The translations under genes and the position numbers were made by a program. A stretch of 64,000 bases of DNA from Octopus sinensis (lineage: Eukaryota), in the NCBI RefSeq assembly GCF_006345805.1, contig NC_042997.1:26722001-26786000 (forward strand), given 5' to 3'. The notes beneath the pieces are model-generated. The model had not been told where the DNA came from, searched no databases, and worked only from the letters and a program-made list of their open reading frames with translations. Below, piece by piece: positions 27,624 through 40,100 of the stretch (position 1 is the stretch's first letter; every line of letters begins with the position of its first letter).

Positions 27624-27861
27624 ATTATGACACTACATAGTATTCACTTGCTAAAATCTTATGTCGTTTCGAATTATTTTAAGATCTGCAATACCGGCTA
27701 ATAAGACGGAAATAAGTACGAAATTTTCACTGAATTCCTGAAGTTAAAAGATGCTCTCCAATGTATTCTATTTAAAAAAAACAAAATGTATTCATATACA
27801 GCCACGCTGTTGTAGATGTTTTTAAAATAGATGTGGAAACGATGAGAAAAAGTATTTCCTT

Positions 27862-28252
27862 AGGCGCAGGAGTGGCTGTGTGGTAAGTAGCTTGTGTACC
27901 AACCACATGGTTCCGGGTTCAGTCCCACTGCGTGGCACCTTGGGCAAGTGTCTTCTACTATAGCCTCGGGCCGACCAAAGCCTTGTGAGTGGATTTGGTA
28001 GACGGAAACTGAAAGAAGCCCGTCGTATATATGTATATATATATATATATGTGTGTGAGTTTGTCCCCCTAGCATTGCTTGACAACCGATACTGGTGTGT
28101 TTATGTCCCCGTCACTTAGCGGTTCGGCAAAATTACTGGGCTTACAAAGAATAAGTCCCGGGGTCGAGTTGCTCGATTAAAGGCGGTGCTCCAGCATGGC
28201 CGCAGTCAAATGACTGAAACAAGTAAAAGAGTAAAAGAGAGTAAAAGAGAGT
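27862..28252 (+). mobile_element. SINE family B
   Basis: Near-complete copy with (aagtaaaagag)n tail; small internal deletion before the tail. Confidence 0.9.
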
Positions 28253-28434
28253 CTCTGACCCGCTATCTTCTTTAATGAAGGGAGTGAGCATGAAACTTCA
28301 GATCATTTCCAGTTTTCAACAGTATTTGTTTTAACCATCAAACTAACACTTGTATCATTTATTTTTGACGCGGATTTTTACCGGCTTTCTTGTGTTGTAA
28401 ATTGTTTTGTATTTGTTCTCCAAATGACTTCAGG

Positions 28435-28950
28435 TGGTACTAATAGGCCTCAAATTTGTTGTGGGGGGGAGATAAGTCGATTACATCCAACCCCCAGTAC
28501 TCAACTGGTACTTCAATTATCGACCCCGAAAGGATGAAAGCTAAAGCCGACCTCGGTAGAATTTGAAATCAGAACATGCAGATGGACGAAATACCCCTAA
28601 ACATTTTTGTCCGGCGCGCTAACGATTCTGCTAGCTTACCCCCGATAAAATAACTACCTGTCAAATACTGACGTCCACAAAATTGTCAGAAAACTTGTTC
28701 TATTCCAAAATTTGAAACCATTCTTGTTGTTCTTGTTAAGGTAGCGATCTGGCAGAATCTTTAGCTTGGCTGACAATATGCTTAGTATCATTTCTTCCGT
28801 TTATTTTAAGTTCCGAGTTCAAATTCCACCCAGGGCAACTTTATTTTTCATGCCTTCAGGGGTAATAAATATGTTGCAGATGTGTACTTGGGTCGAAGTA
28901 ATTAACGTATACTCTCCCTTTTAAATACTTGGCCTTGTGCCAAAATTCGA
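28435..28950. mobile_element. Two degenerate SINE-A copies in opposite orientation (about 28435-28645 minus, 28740-28950 plus)
   Basis: cgaccccgaaaggatgaaag (minus) and gagttcaaattccacc...ggccttgtgccaaaattcgaaa (plus). Confidence 0.65.
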
Positions 28951-29012
28951 AATAATTAATATTGTTGCTACTGATGCTGCTGTTATCGTCATAAAATAGA
29001 TATAAAATACGC

Positions 29013-29061
<49 letters not shown>

Positions 29062-29744
29062 TTAACTGTTAGAGCTTAAAAGATCTTTCAGAGAAAGTAT
29101 ATTTCAAAATAAATGAGTTCTTTCCTCTTCGGAGTGTTTGTACGACTGTCATTTTGTCCACTCGTTACAGTTTGTATGATATTTCGTGAGAAACCGAACG
29201 TAATACTCTGGCGATAATTGGTATAATTTCCATTTTTAATAACTGGACATTCACAGATTCATGATTTTTCAATCAGCATACTTAGATATTTTTACCGCCT
29301 CCTTGCCTTCAAAGTTTGGTATCATAGAGAACTACAAGCACTATTATGAGGCATGCTACTTCTTTGCACCTATATAATGATACATGATCTATGGTCTGCA
29401 ATTGTTCTTTTCGTTTGGTTGTCAAAATCTAATAGAATTTACAGATTTACAAGGATAATTTAAAGCATTTTCTAGTATTTTGATATACAACATGTCCGAA
29501 GTATTGTATCTTTATACAATTCAAAATAACTAGTGTAAACCGAGAGAAAACTTAACATGGCGTCGCTTGTATTCTTTCCAAATTAATATCTTCAGCGGTT
29601 TGCAGTAATATGATCAATATTTTTCGCTCGCTAATAACACAGACGGCTTTTATTCGTTGATCACTGAACTGGTAGTTTCGGCAACAAACTTTTAGCTTCA
29701 TAATTTAAATCTCCACCCCGAAGGTACTTCCACTGTAAATGATA

Positions 29745-29775
29745 ACTGTTATTATTATTATTGTTATTGTTGTAG

Positions 29776-29813
<38 letters not shown>

Positions 29814-29848
29814 CTTGTTCTTCTTTTTCTTGTTCTTCTTCTTTTTCT

Positions 29849-29927
<79 letters not shown>
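29745..29927. repeat. Compound trinucleotide microsatellite (TTA)-(TTG)-(TTC)-(TTA)
   Basis: Directly visible. Confidence 0.9.
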
Positions 29928-30470
29928 GAGAGCGCAGTGCATGCCGTCAAAGGGACACTGGGGTAAAATATACGAAGCCCAGTACAACAATCATGACTAC
30001 CCGTCTGATAAGGGTACACCTGATACATGTATCACAACAATATGTGCGCGACTTGGTGATCTCATATGAAGATAAACAGCACATGACCTTGCAGGTGGAG
30101 CCCAGTTAGAATTTTCTTCTGGTCGAGTAACCAATCCCCCTCAAAAGGTCCCTGAATAAGGGTTGATTAAGGATGTTGAAAGAAACACCCATGTTTCCAG
30201 AGGTGAAATATCCGAACCCCAAAGAATCCCTCTCAACACATGGCTATGATGCTCCCCCACTACTTCTGCTCGGGATCAGAGATGCACATATCGTCAGCAA
30301 CTAAGGGACATGCTCAACTGGTTAAGGTCAAACAACTGACAAGCAAATCTGTGGCATTGAGCAGAATATTTGCTGTAGCCCATCTTTTATACCAAGACAA
30401 AACAATTTACATGATAACACTCCCAATCAGTTAAGATCAGAAGCCATGAGAGCCATTGTCTGGTACTGCA

Positions 30471-30471
<1 letters not shown>
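29928..30471 (-). mobile_element. Unclassified 544-bp non-coding element embedded in (TAA)n
   Basis: (TTA)n abuts both ends; a diverged ~75-bp piece of the same family lies at 57121-57195 next to another (TAA)n; no TIR, B box or convincing ORF seen. Confidence 0.6.
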
Positions 30472-30533
<62 letters not shown>

Positions 30534-30798
30534 CTGAGATCTGTTTATTAAATGGCGCTGATTCTATCAGCAATATACGAATCTTCGCTGGTGTTTGCAG
30601 TTGACCTGCATGATGATATAATTGTAAGTCGATATCAAAAGTTCAACGATTGTCAGTCTGACCGCAGAGAATTAATCTATTTCAACTCCCACAATTCAAT
30701 ATATGATGAATAATATATAGATTCAGAAATCTATGAAATGTCAAAAGATTATTTTCGGCGTTAATTTCATTGCAGAGGCAGAGGCAGTCACAGTTGAT

Positions 30799-30878
<80 letters not shown>

Positions 30879-31395
30879 TGTGTGTGTGTGTGTTTGCGTG
30901 TTTGTGTGTATATATGTATATCTATAAAAATATATATATACATCTCTCTCTCTGTATATGTATATGTATATAATATATATATTTACATATAGATATACAC
31001 ATATAATATAATATATATATATATATATATTATATATATAATATATATATTAGAGAGATATATACGTATATATGTACATATGTAGAGATTTACATATATA
31101 GAACTATATATTATATATATATATATATATGTATGTATAATTATATATATACAGATATATATAACAGTAGATGTATATATAACCGTGTATGTAAGAAATA
31201 TGGACGCTGATCAGGTGTGAGGAACGAAAGAGAGTAAAGGATAAATTGAGAAAGAGAAAGAGAATCAGATAGAAAATGTTGAAGGAGAGAAAAGTAGGAA
31301 TTAGAGAAAGGATGAGAGAGAAAACGATAAGAGAAGAGGACAGTATAGGTCAGTGGCGCATCAAAAATATTGAGATAAAGTCTTACATGCATATA

Positions 31396-31455
<60 letters not shown>

Positions 31456-32024
31456 CTGTGTGTGTGTGTGTGTGTGTGTAAATATATGGATATACATATA
31501 CATACACACACACACATATATATATATATGGAAATCTATATAGATATACATACATATATATATGTATTTATATATAAGTGTATATATGTGAGTATATATA
31601 AATATACATATATACGTATATGTATATATATATGTACTTATATATATGTATATATATGTAAGTATATATAGATTTACATATATATATGTTTATATGGATA
31701 TATGGATTAACTGTTGGAGTGGACGGACGTCTATTTGTTTCTCTCCCAAGTCAGTAGCAAGCTACACAGCTTCAAAACTAACTGACCTTAAATACATATA
31801 TATTTGTAACCACGTGTTTGCCTACAAACCCGTAAGTACGTTTTCATTTAACTACAAATTGTTATATAAACCTGTTTTTCTTTTAATATCCTCAAACAAC
31901 CAAATAATCAAAAACTCACACCCTTAAGAGAGAACATTTATATATATATACACTTCTTTAACTCCCAAGAAAGAATATATATATTTTCAAAAATCAAAAG
32001 GAAAACAAACAAAGAAAAACAAAC

Positions 32025-33200
32025 ATGACTAACTTGCAGGCCTGCAACAGACGAAATTGGTCTGATAACGAAATTGATGTTTTAATAAACCACATGGCTC
32101 TCTCTTTCTCAAACAGAAAATCTAAATGTCTTGTGTTTGAATGAGATTGCCGAAAAAACATCACAAGTGGTCAACACACGATCCGTCAAACAGATTCGTA
32201 GCAAGTTGAAACATATCGAAGTATCTTTCAAACTGATAAGAGGCCATTATGAAAAGCTTCTACATATTTTCACAGTTCAGGAACAACAGCTAGAAAATCA
32301 GCAGCCACAACAACAACAACACAGAATGAGCCACTCCTGGTTTCCAGCCAGCACAATGGCTGACCCTGACATCGGTCAGGCACAACAACAACAACAACAG
32401 CCACAGCAACCAAAAAAAAAACAACAACAGCACACTCCTCAACTCTAGCTTACTAGACGATTCACTAAATGCCAGTATCTTTTCACCGCTCTCACGGCAA
32501 CCACAACATTATCATCATCATCATCACCACCGCTGCCACCATCGTCTTCATCACCAAAAATGCCAACAGAAAACCAAATAAAAACCACTGCCCTCTTCCC
32601 CCACATCACCACTCAATACTACTGCAGTAACAAAAACTTAAAGAAACATAGGAAGCAGAATGCGCCCCCCCAACGGCTCAAACAAGAAATCCCCAAATAT
32701 GCCGCTATTCACTGCGCCAGAGACTCTGCACAAATAGTGACTGCATCTTCACGCATCTACCGGCACTAGACGCACTACGGCCAAGGCCAAAGCACGCATC
32801 CCACAATAACATCAACACCACCAATAGTAAATCGAAATTCAAAACACAACAACTCGGAGTCCCAAAATCTGCCGGTATTCCAACGTGAGAGAACATGTCT
32901 ACTGAGTGACTGTCCCTTCACTCATCTTCCAGGGACCCGACGCACAAACAGAAACGGGGCCTCAAGCCAACACACAAACCTGAATAACAATAAAAATAGA
33001 AACACACCATGCTGCAGTAATGCTGGTCCAGTCTTTTCAGGAAGACACAAAAACAACAACAACAAAAGTGGAAACTACAACCCTATCCAACAGTGCAACC
33101 ACACCTCCAGCCAAAAACTGCTCCCTAAGCAGGAAAATTCTTTTTTAGCCATGTTGAACATGGCAAAAGAGATACACAAAAACATTCTAGCCATCACTCA
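32025..33200 (+). pseudogene. LINE ORF1: Myb/SANT-like N-terminus, Q/S-rich linker, two CCCH fingers
   Basis: MTNLQACNRRNWSDNEIDVLINH / EIAEKTSQVVNTRSVKQIRSKLKHI; CRYSLRQRLCTNSDCIFTH at about 32700; CRY(S)QRERTCLLSDCPFTHLPGT at about 32870 (needs a 1-nt correction). Confidence 0.65.
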
Positions 33201-33212
33201 ACTATTACCCCA

Positions 33213-34268
33213 GTGCACCAATTCCCCACATTGCTGCCACTAACACACACAAAAAATCCAAGCCCCCTGCAACAGTCAAAACCAGCCACTACACTAACCT
33301 CCACATTCCTACTCAATGCACAAGGTGTCAGCCCTTCCATCAATGCACAAAAATGGAAGGTCCAATTCATTGAAGACTGGGTTGGTAACCATTCACACCA
33401 CATCCCTTTCTTCATTCTCACTGAGACCCACCTTGACAACTCCCACTTGGAAGCCGAAGTGAGAGTGAAGAATTTCACAACCATCCGCGCGGATCGTATC
33501 GGCAGGAGGAAGGGTGGAACTGCCATTTTCCTGCATGATTCATTTACGGCAGATGGAAATAGTATATTCTCCAACGGCTACTGTGAATCAGTCACCGTGC
33601 ACAACAAAGCCAATGACCTGACAGTAATTGGGCTCTATAGGCCGCCCCAAACACCCATACTGTGCTTTAAAGAATGCCTCAACAGCATTAAGTGCTTTAT
33701 TCAACAGTGCCATTCTAGCAACATACTCATGATGGGAGACTTCAATCTACCCTGTGTTGACTGGACTACAAACTGTTTGAAACCAAGCACTCCCGCCTCA
33801 ACCGCTGACAAAGAAGCAGCAGAGTCACTTTTCGACTTTACGAATGAGTTTTTCTTGTCCCAACTTGTCCTTGCACCAACAAGACATCAGAACATTTTGG
33901 ACCTAGTGTTTAGTAACCACGCTAACACTATACATAACGTTACAGTGGAAAAAACCCTTCTTTCAGACCATGACATGGTTCTCTGTAACATGAAATTCCA
34001 CCAGCCGAAAGCTAATCCTAGTGACCTTCCTCCAGCCCACCCATTTGACAACATGGATCTCCATAAAGCCAACTGGGATGCAATCAGGAACGAGCTATCA
34101 AATGTTGACTGGTCCTTTACACATACACACATCTCCACCAACCATAAAACATCTTGGCAGATCTTTGTAGACACCGTCACAGACATATGTGCAAAACACT
34201 CCCCACCAAGACCTGTGAACAAAAAGTGCAGAATCCCCCAAAACAGAAAACCATTATCAGAAAAATAA
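33213..34268 (+). CDS. LINE apurinic-like endonuclease domain (351-aa open frame)
   Basis: Track ORF with NAQG, TETHL, YRPP, GDFNLP, NILDLVF and SDH motifs of the EEP/APE family. Confidence 0.9.
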   Translation: MHQFPTLLPLTHTKNPSPLQQSKPATTLTSTFLLNAQGVSPSINAQKWKVQFIEDWVGNHSHHIPFFILTETHLDNSHLEAEVRVKNFTTIRADRIGRRKGGTAIFLHDSFTADGNSIFSNGYCESVTVHNKANDLTVIGLYRPPQTPILCFKECLNSIKCFIQQCHSSNILMMGDFNLPCVDWTTNCLKPSTPASTADKEAAESLFDFTNEFFLSQLVLAPTRHQNILDLVFSNHANTIHNVTVEKTLLSDHDMVLCNMKFHQPKANPSDLPPAHPFDNMDLHKANWDAIRNELSNVDWSFTHTHISTNHKTSWQIFVDTVTDICAKHSPPRPVNKKCRIPQNRKPLSEK

Positions 34269-34373
34269 AAGAACAAACAAAAAATTAACAAACTAAAGTA
34301 CTGCCAACAGCAACACACACATTCGACGGCTATCGCACTGCTTGAATCCAAAAAATATAACCTCCAACAATGC

Positions 34374-36093
34374 ATGAAGACCCTCATCAATAACCAAAGA
34401 TCAGCTGAGGAGAAGTGGGCCATTGAAAAAATCAAACTCAACCCCAAAGTGTTCTTTTCATTTGCGAGGAAACGCAGGGTCACTGTCTCCACTGTAGGCC
34501 CTCTAATGACGAAAATGGCACTCTCCAAAATAATGCCAAATCCATGGCCGAGATACTGCAGAAACAATACTGCTCTGTTTTCAGCAATCCTGATATGGCC
34601 GATCTGGGCTGTATCAGTGATGTCAACCCCCAACACACTATATCGGACATAACGTTTAGTGCCCCTGATGTCTTAGCGGCGATAAACGAAATAAAACACA
34701 ATTCAGCAGTAGGCCCCGATAGGTTCCCTGCTTGTGTCCTGAGGTGTGTCGACACCAACTTGCATCTCCCCTTGCTAATCTGTGGAGAAACTCACTGGAT
34801 GCTGGCTATATTCCAAAAAAACCTCTGTCCCAGTCTGTTGTCCCAGTTTTCAAAAAGGGAAACAAGTCCCTTGCAGTGAATTACCGTCCGATCTCACTCA
34901 CCTCTCATATCATCAAGGTATTTGAGAGGGTGGTGAGATCTCGAATAACCCAATTTCTGGAAAGCAACAGACGGCTGATCTCCAACCAACATGGGTTCCG
35001 TAATGGAAGGACTGCCTAACGCAGCTCCTGCATCACTTTGAGGACATTTTGAGAGCTTGGGAGAGGGCTCCAACACCGATGTCATCTACCTTGATTTCAG
35101 TAAGGCCTTCGACAGGGTCGATCACAAGATCCTATTGAAAAAACTATCCAACATTGGTGTCTCTGGAAAGTTACTGAAATGGATTAAGTGTTTCCTGACA
35201 GACAGATCTCAACATGTTGTAGTTGAAGGGGTAAAATCAAGCCCAGCCAAAGTCAGTAGGGCGTTCCGCAAGGCACTGTGCTGGGCCCACTTCTTCATCA
35301 TTTACATTAATGACATTAATGACATCATCAAGCACAGCAAATAAAAATCTTGCAGATGACTCCAAGCTACAGAAGGTCATAAATGAGGCGAGTGACCGGA
35401 CATGCCTTCAGTCAGATCTACTGGCTGTTATCAATGGGCAGAAAAAAAACAATATGCTGCTGAACGAGGATAAATTTGAGCTAATCCACTTGGAAAAGAG
35501 GATGCCCTGAAACTCCCATACTCCCTTCTTCAGGTGAAACTCTCGCGGGGTCCAACAACATCAGAGACTTGGGAGTAATTGGGGACAACAACGGAAGCTG
35601 GGCCACTCATATAAACACCAAAGTTGACATGGCCCGCAGAATTTGTTCTGGATTCTCAGAACTTTCCAGTCGAGAGATATCCACACCATTATCCTTCTCT
35701 TCTCCACTTTTGCCCGACCCCACTTGAATACTGTTGTCCACTGTGGTCTCCCCACACAATACAAGGTACATAAAAGTTGAAGCACCTCAAAGGGCAATCA
35801 CAAAAAAGATAGATGGCATGAAAGGCCCCCGACTATTGGGGTCGACTAGAAAAGCTAAAACTCTATTCTCTCCAACGTCGTGAGCGCTACATCATCTGCA
35901 TGATGTGGAAAATATTCCATCAGCATTGCCCAAATTGATGTTGGCATCACCTTTAAGGTTAACATCCAAGGCTGGGCCCCGTGCCATCCGCCCAAAACAA
36001 AAATCGCACTCTCATCTCATAACAACAATACGGCACAATTATTTCACCTCAATTGGCCCCGCTCTCTTTAAACATTACACAAAAACACATTAA
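34374..36093 (+). pseudogene. LINE reverse transcriptase, split over several frames
   Basis: Fragments 34374, 34544 (AVGPDRFPA), 34732 (NYRPISLTSH), 35057 (DFSKAFD), 35310 (ADDSKL) and 35905. Confidence 0.88.
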
Positions 36094-36389
36094 AACAGAA
36101 ACTGACCCTATAGGGTTCAGAAGTCTCTGGACGATTCCTTCAAGAAATCCCGATAAACCCCCTACACCGGATATGTCTCTGTAAACAATAATCTCTACTT
36201 GAGTGGGCCATAGTGCCCAAATTCTACTTGAAAGACTTCACCAGTGGTGCTATTAAGTTAGACATGCCTGGGCCAATAATGGCCGAAACCTATCAAAGTA
36301 TCAAAGTATATATATATCTATATATATAATATATATATAATATATATGTGTGTGTGTACATTATATATACATATACATATATATCTATA

Positions 36390-36560
36390 TATATTCTCCG
36401 TCTTTCCTTCCTTGGACTTTCCTTTTTCTATGTTCCTGACGTAGAGCTCCGCTCGAAACATAAATGCTCCTGCTTTCTTTCATTTCTTGAGCCTCAAATA
36501 ACACTATACTTGTTCTACATCCTCGCGTTGTTTTATTTCTCTTTGTTCATGTTTTGGAGT
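36390..36560 (+). mobile_element. Short pyrimidine-rich element with degenerate hammerhead-like motif (Penelope-type LTR remnant?)
   Basis: CTGACGTA-GAGC-TCC-GCTC-GAAAC at 36436-36459; flanked by (TA)n. Confidence 0.4.
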
Positions 36561-36778
36561 AACTATATATATATATCTATATATAGGGGTGTGTGTGTGT
36601 ATTTAAGGTATAATTTAGCGGTGTTTAAACCCTATAAGGGGGAGATGTGTCCACAAGCACTCCTGGTAATTATTTCAATAAGAATGGCCCTTGGTATAAG
36701 ATATAAGGCTGCAGAAATTTAAAAAGTAAACCTTATCTTAATGTATATATATAGGCGATAGGAAAATGGAGGGAAAAA

Positions 36779-36977
36779 AATGAGAAGTGTGTCTTTGGTG
36801 CTAAAAAGCCATTATTTAATTAATTAAGTAAGATGAGGTACAGCTGAGTTTACAGATGAGTTTACAGTTGTTTCTCTGTATCATAGCACAGAGAAAGAGC
36901 AGTAAAGTCACTCTTAACCTCACCTACCTTAGCTAATTAAATAATGGGTTTTTAGCACCAAAGATACACTTCTCATT
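36779..36977. mobile_element. MITE-like element with ~61-bp imperfect inverted repeats
   Basis: aatgagaagtgtgtctttggtgctaaaaagccattatttaatt...gaggt (36779-36839) is the reverse complement of 36917-36977 with a few mismatches. Confidence 0.7.
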
Positions 36978-37089
36978 GTTGCCTTTCCTCTATTTTGTAA
37001 CGTCTCTCTCTCTATATATATATGTATATAAATATGTATATATATGTATATATATAATAGCATATATATGTATTTATATATACATATAG

Positions 37090-37150
<61 letters not shown>

Positions 37151-40100
37151 TTATATATATAATATATGTATATGTATATGATTGATGATTGATTGTTCTA
37201 GTTTCAGCTTATGAGCTGTGGCCATGCTGGGGCACCGCCATTTGGTGTTGCTACTTGGTTTCACTTCATGGAGGCTTTCTAGCAACTGCTGTTGGTGCAT
37301 GAGAGAGTTCGATGCAGCTGCCCTCATCTGCCCCTCCTGCCGTGAAGTTGGTTCATCTGGGACACCTGACAGGAAGAGATCCAGCTTAATTTTAAAGACA
37401 TCTGTATCCACCCCATGCAGGTCTCTCAGGTTCTTCGGGAGGATATTGAAGAGCTGTGGGCCTCGGAAGCCCAGGCTATCACAGAATCTTGTCCTACATC
37501 TTGATGGCAGGTTTGAGTCCTAGGCACCACGCAGTGGCGCCCAGTTCTGGCATTTGCGTAACTCTCGATGCCAAAGTTCAGGACACTTCCCTCCAGGATC
37601 TTCCAGATGTATATTATGGCATATCTTTTCCGCCTACGCTCCCGGGAATATAATTTAATCTCTTGAGTCTTTCCCAGTAGCTTACATTCTGCATAGAGGC
37701 TATCTTCTTTGTGTAGCTTCGTTGGATCGCCTCAAGTTCTGTGATCAACTTGACACTGGATGGTGACCATAGCTGAGAGCAATAGTCAAAGTGGCTTAGG
37801 ACAAGTGTCTTCCAGAGGACCATCATGGTTTCTTGTTCTCTTGTTCTAAAGGTTCTAAGAATCCATCCAGCCAGCCGTCTACATTTCATTGTCAGTTTAG
37901 CAACATGTACATGAAAGGTCGCGTCATCACTCATGTGAATACCCAGGTCACGCACTGATTGTGCCTCTGGGATTGCAATCCCTCCGGGTCCAGTGTATTC
38001 ATTGGGTATTGCATTCAGTTTTGCATGCTGATAGTATAAAGCTTGAAACTTTCCAGCATTGAACTGCATGCTATTCTTTTCAGCCCACTTGTATATTTCG
38101 TCCAGCTCACATTGCAGGTGTTTAGTGTCCTCAGGGTTCTGTATTGCCTGTGAAACTTTGTATCATCTGCATAACTTGTGATCGTGGCTCTCTGCGTGGC
38201 TGAGGGCATGTCTGAGAGGGCCATTATGAACAGTAGTGGTCCCAGAACAGTGCCCTGCGGAACAACCGCTCACTATTTGTGTGTTAATGGAGTGGCCCCA
38301 TTGGCTACTACCACCGACTTCTATCCTTCAGAAAGTCATGAAGCCATTCTCCCAGTTTTCCAACTATGTTGAGATCACGCAGTTTGTGACTATCATTCCA
38401 TGATCGACTTTATCAAAGGCCTTTGGCAAAGTCGAGATATATCACTTCCACATTTGAGTGTTGAGCAGCCGTTTCAGCACCCCTCATAGTGTTGTAGGAG
38501 CTGAGTTAAACAGCTTCTCCCTGGTCGGAAACCATGTTGGGGGTGTCGGGCAGCAAGTCATTCTCTTCAAGGAAGGTGATCAGCTTCCTTCTGACTATTC
38601 GTTCCATGACCTTCCTGATGTGTGAGGTCAGAGAGATAGGTCTATAGTTCTTGGCTTCCGCTCTGCTACCTCCTTTATGAATGGGGCATATTTTACCTTC
38701 CTTCAGTTTTCCTGGAAGTTTACCAGCTGCAAGGAAGCTCTGAAAGAGGAACTGCAGTGGTCTTGCTAGGACTCTCTTACATGATTTTAGGAGGATTGCC
38801 GGGAATCCATCGGGGCCAGTAGCTGAGTCTGTTTTCATTTCATCTATAGCCTTGGTTACATCGTCTTCCTTATATCGATGTAATCTATCGTCGCCGCCTC
38901 TGATTTTATCTGCAGTGGTAAAAAAGTCAGTTGGATTGGTGATTTGGAGATGCCCAAGGGGTGGAGTGAAAACACTCTTGAATTGCTCATTCAGTATTTC
39001 ACTTACCCTCATTGGTTTTCCTGTAAGTGTGCCATCCTTTTCGAGGAGTGGCCTATTCTACAGTGCACTGTAGCTGTTTTCTTTGGCATACCTGTAGAAA
39101 GCTCTGGGGTTAGATTTTATGTTTTCTATAGCCCAGGCTTCTTTGTCTGCTCTTTCTTTTTCATGGGAGAGTTGCAGACATTTTTCGATTTCCAACAGTT
39201 TTAATTTTTAGGGCGGGACTTTTCACTGCTTTCAATCTTTTGTTTAGGCGATTTGAAAATGTCGTACGCCGTCTCATTAAAATTTTCCTCTCTCTGGGGA
39301 TTTTGTTCTTGTGTACAGTGGCCTTTCTCTCTGGGACACATTTGTAGCATATGGCTTGCATTACAGACATGAATTGTTGAAGTTTCACGTCGATGTCTGG
39401 CGAGGAGAGACATTTAGGCCAGTTTGTTTGAGGATCTCTTTCTCAATTTGTTTCCAGTTTGCCTTATGGTAGTTCAAGCTGGAAAGATTTTGAGGGTTTC
39501 TTGTAGGCTGCATGTCCGTGCTCTTTTTGGCCCGTACATGGCCAGCTCTATCATGTTGTGATCCGAGAGTAGTGTCGGTGTCACTTTCACATTATGGATG
39601 AGATCCATGTCATTTGTGAAGCAGAGATCCAGTGTGTTTACCTGCCCTGGTTGGTTGGAGTATTACCTGCTCCATGTACAGGGTGTTGATGAGGTTCAGG
39701 AGGGACCTCGCCTGTCCCGTTCACATCTTGTCATTCCTGGGAGAGAAAGGCCCTCGGCCATCTGACATTGGGCAGATTGAAGTCTCCCATAAGAGCACAC
39801 CTATGTGTTGTTCTAATGTGGTTAGAATTTCTTCTATTTTATAAGGCAGTCTTCAAACTTGCCCACATGGCTTGGGGCATCTGGAGGGCGATATGTAGCA
39901 CACACAACTACATCAAGTTGCCTAATATGTACAATTAGTGTGGTCACACACCGAGTTTTAGTATGACAAGAGGACCTGGGGTGTGAGGTCCTCACGGATG
40001 TACATAGCAACACCTCCATGACTCTTTCTTTCCTGTCGGTCCGTAGTACAGCATACTGTGGTATGTGTAACTCCGCATCTGCTATGTCCGGTTTCAGGTG

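Larger units (their letters stand above)
31700..36308 (+). mobile_element. Near full-length CR1-type LINE (ORF1-APE-RT, frameshifted), tail (TATCAAAG)n
   Basis: ORF1 ATG at 32025; APE motifs LLNAQG, LTETHL, GDFNLP, SDHDMV; RT motifs NYRPISLTS, DFSKAFDRVDH, ADDSK, HLEYCCPLWSP; 3' hairpin ggccaataatggcc then gaaac. The 5' boundary is approximate. Confidence 0.9.

Noticed and set aside
31711-31732. gagtggacggacgt resembling a jockey-type downstream promoter element at the LINE 5' end
   Set aside because: Short motif, no matching initiator at the expected spacing, and the 5' boundary is uncertain.
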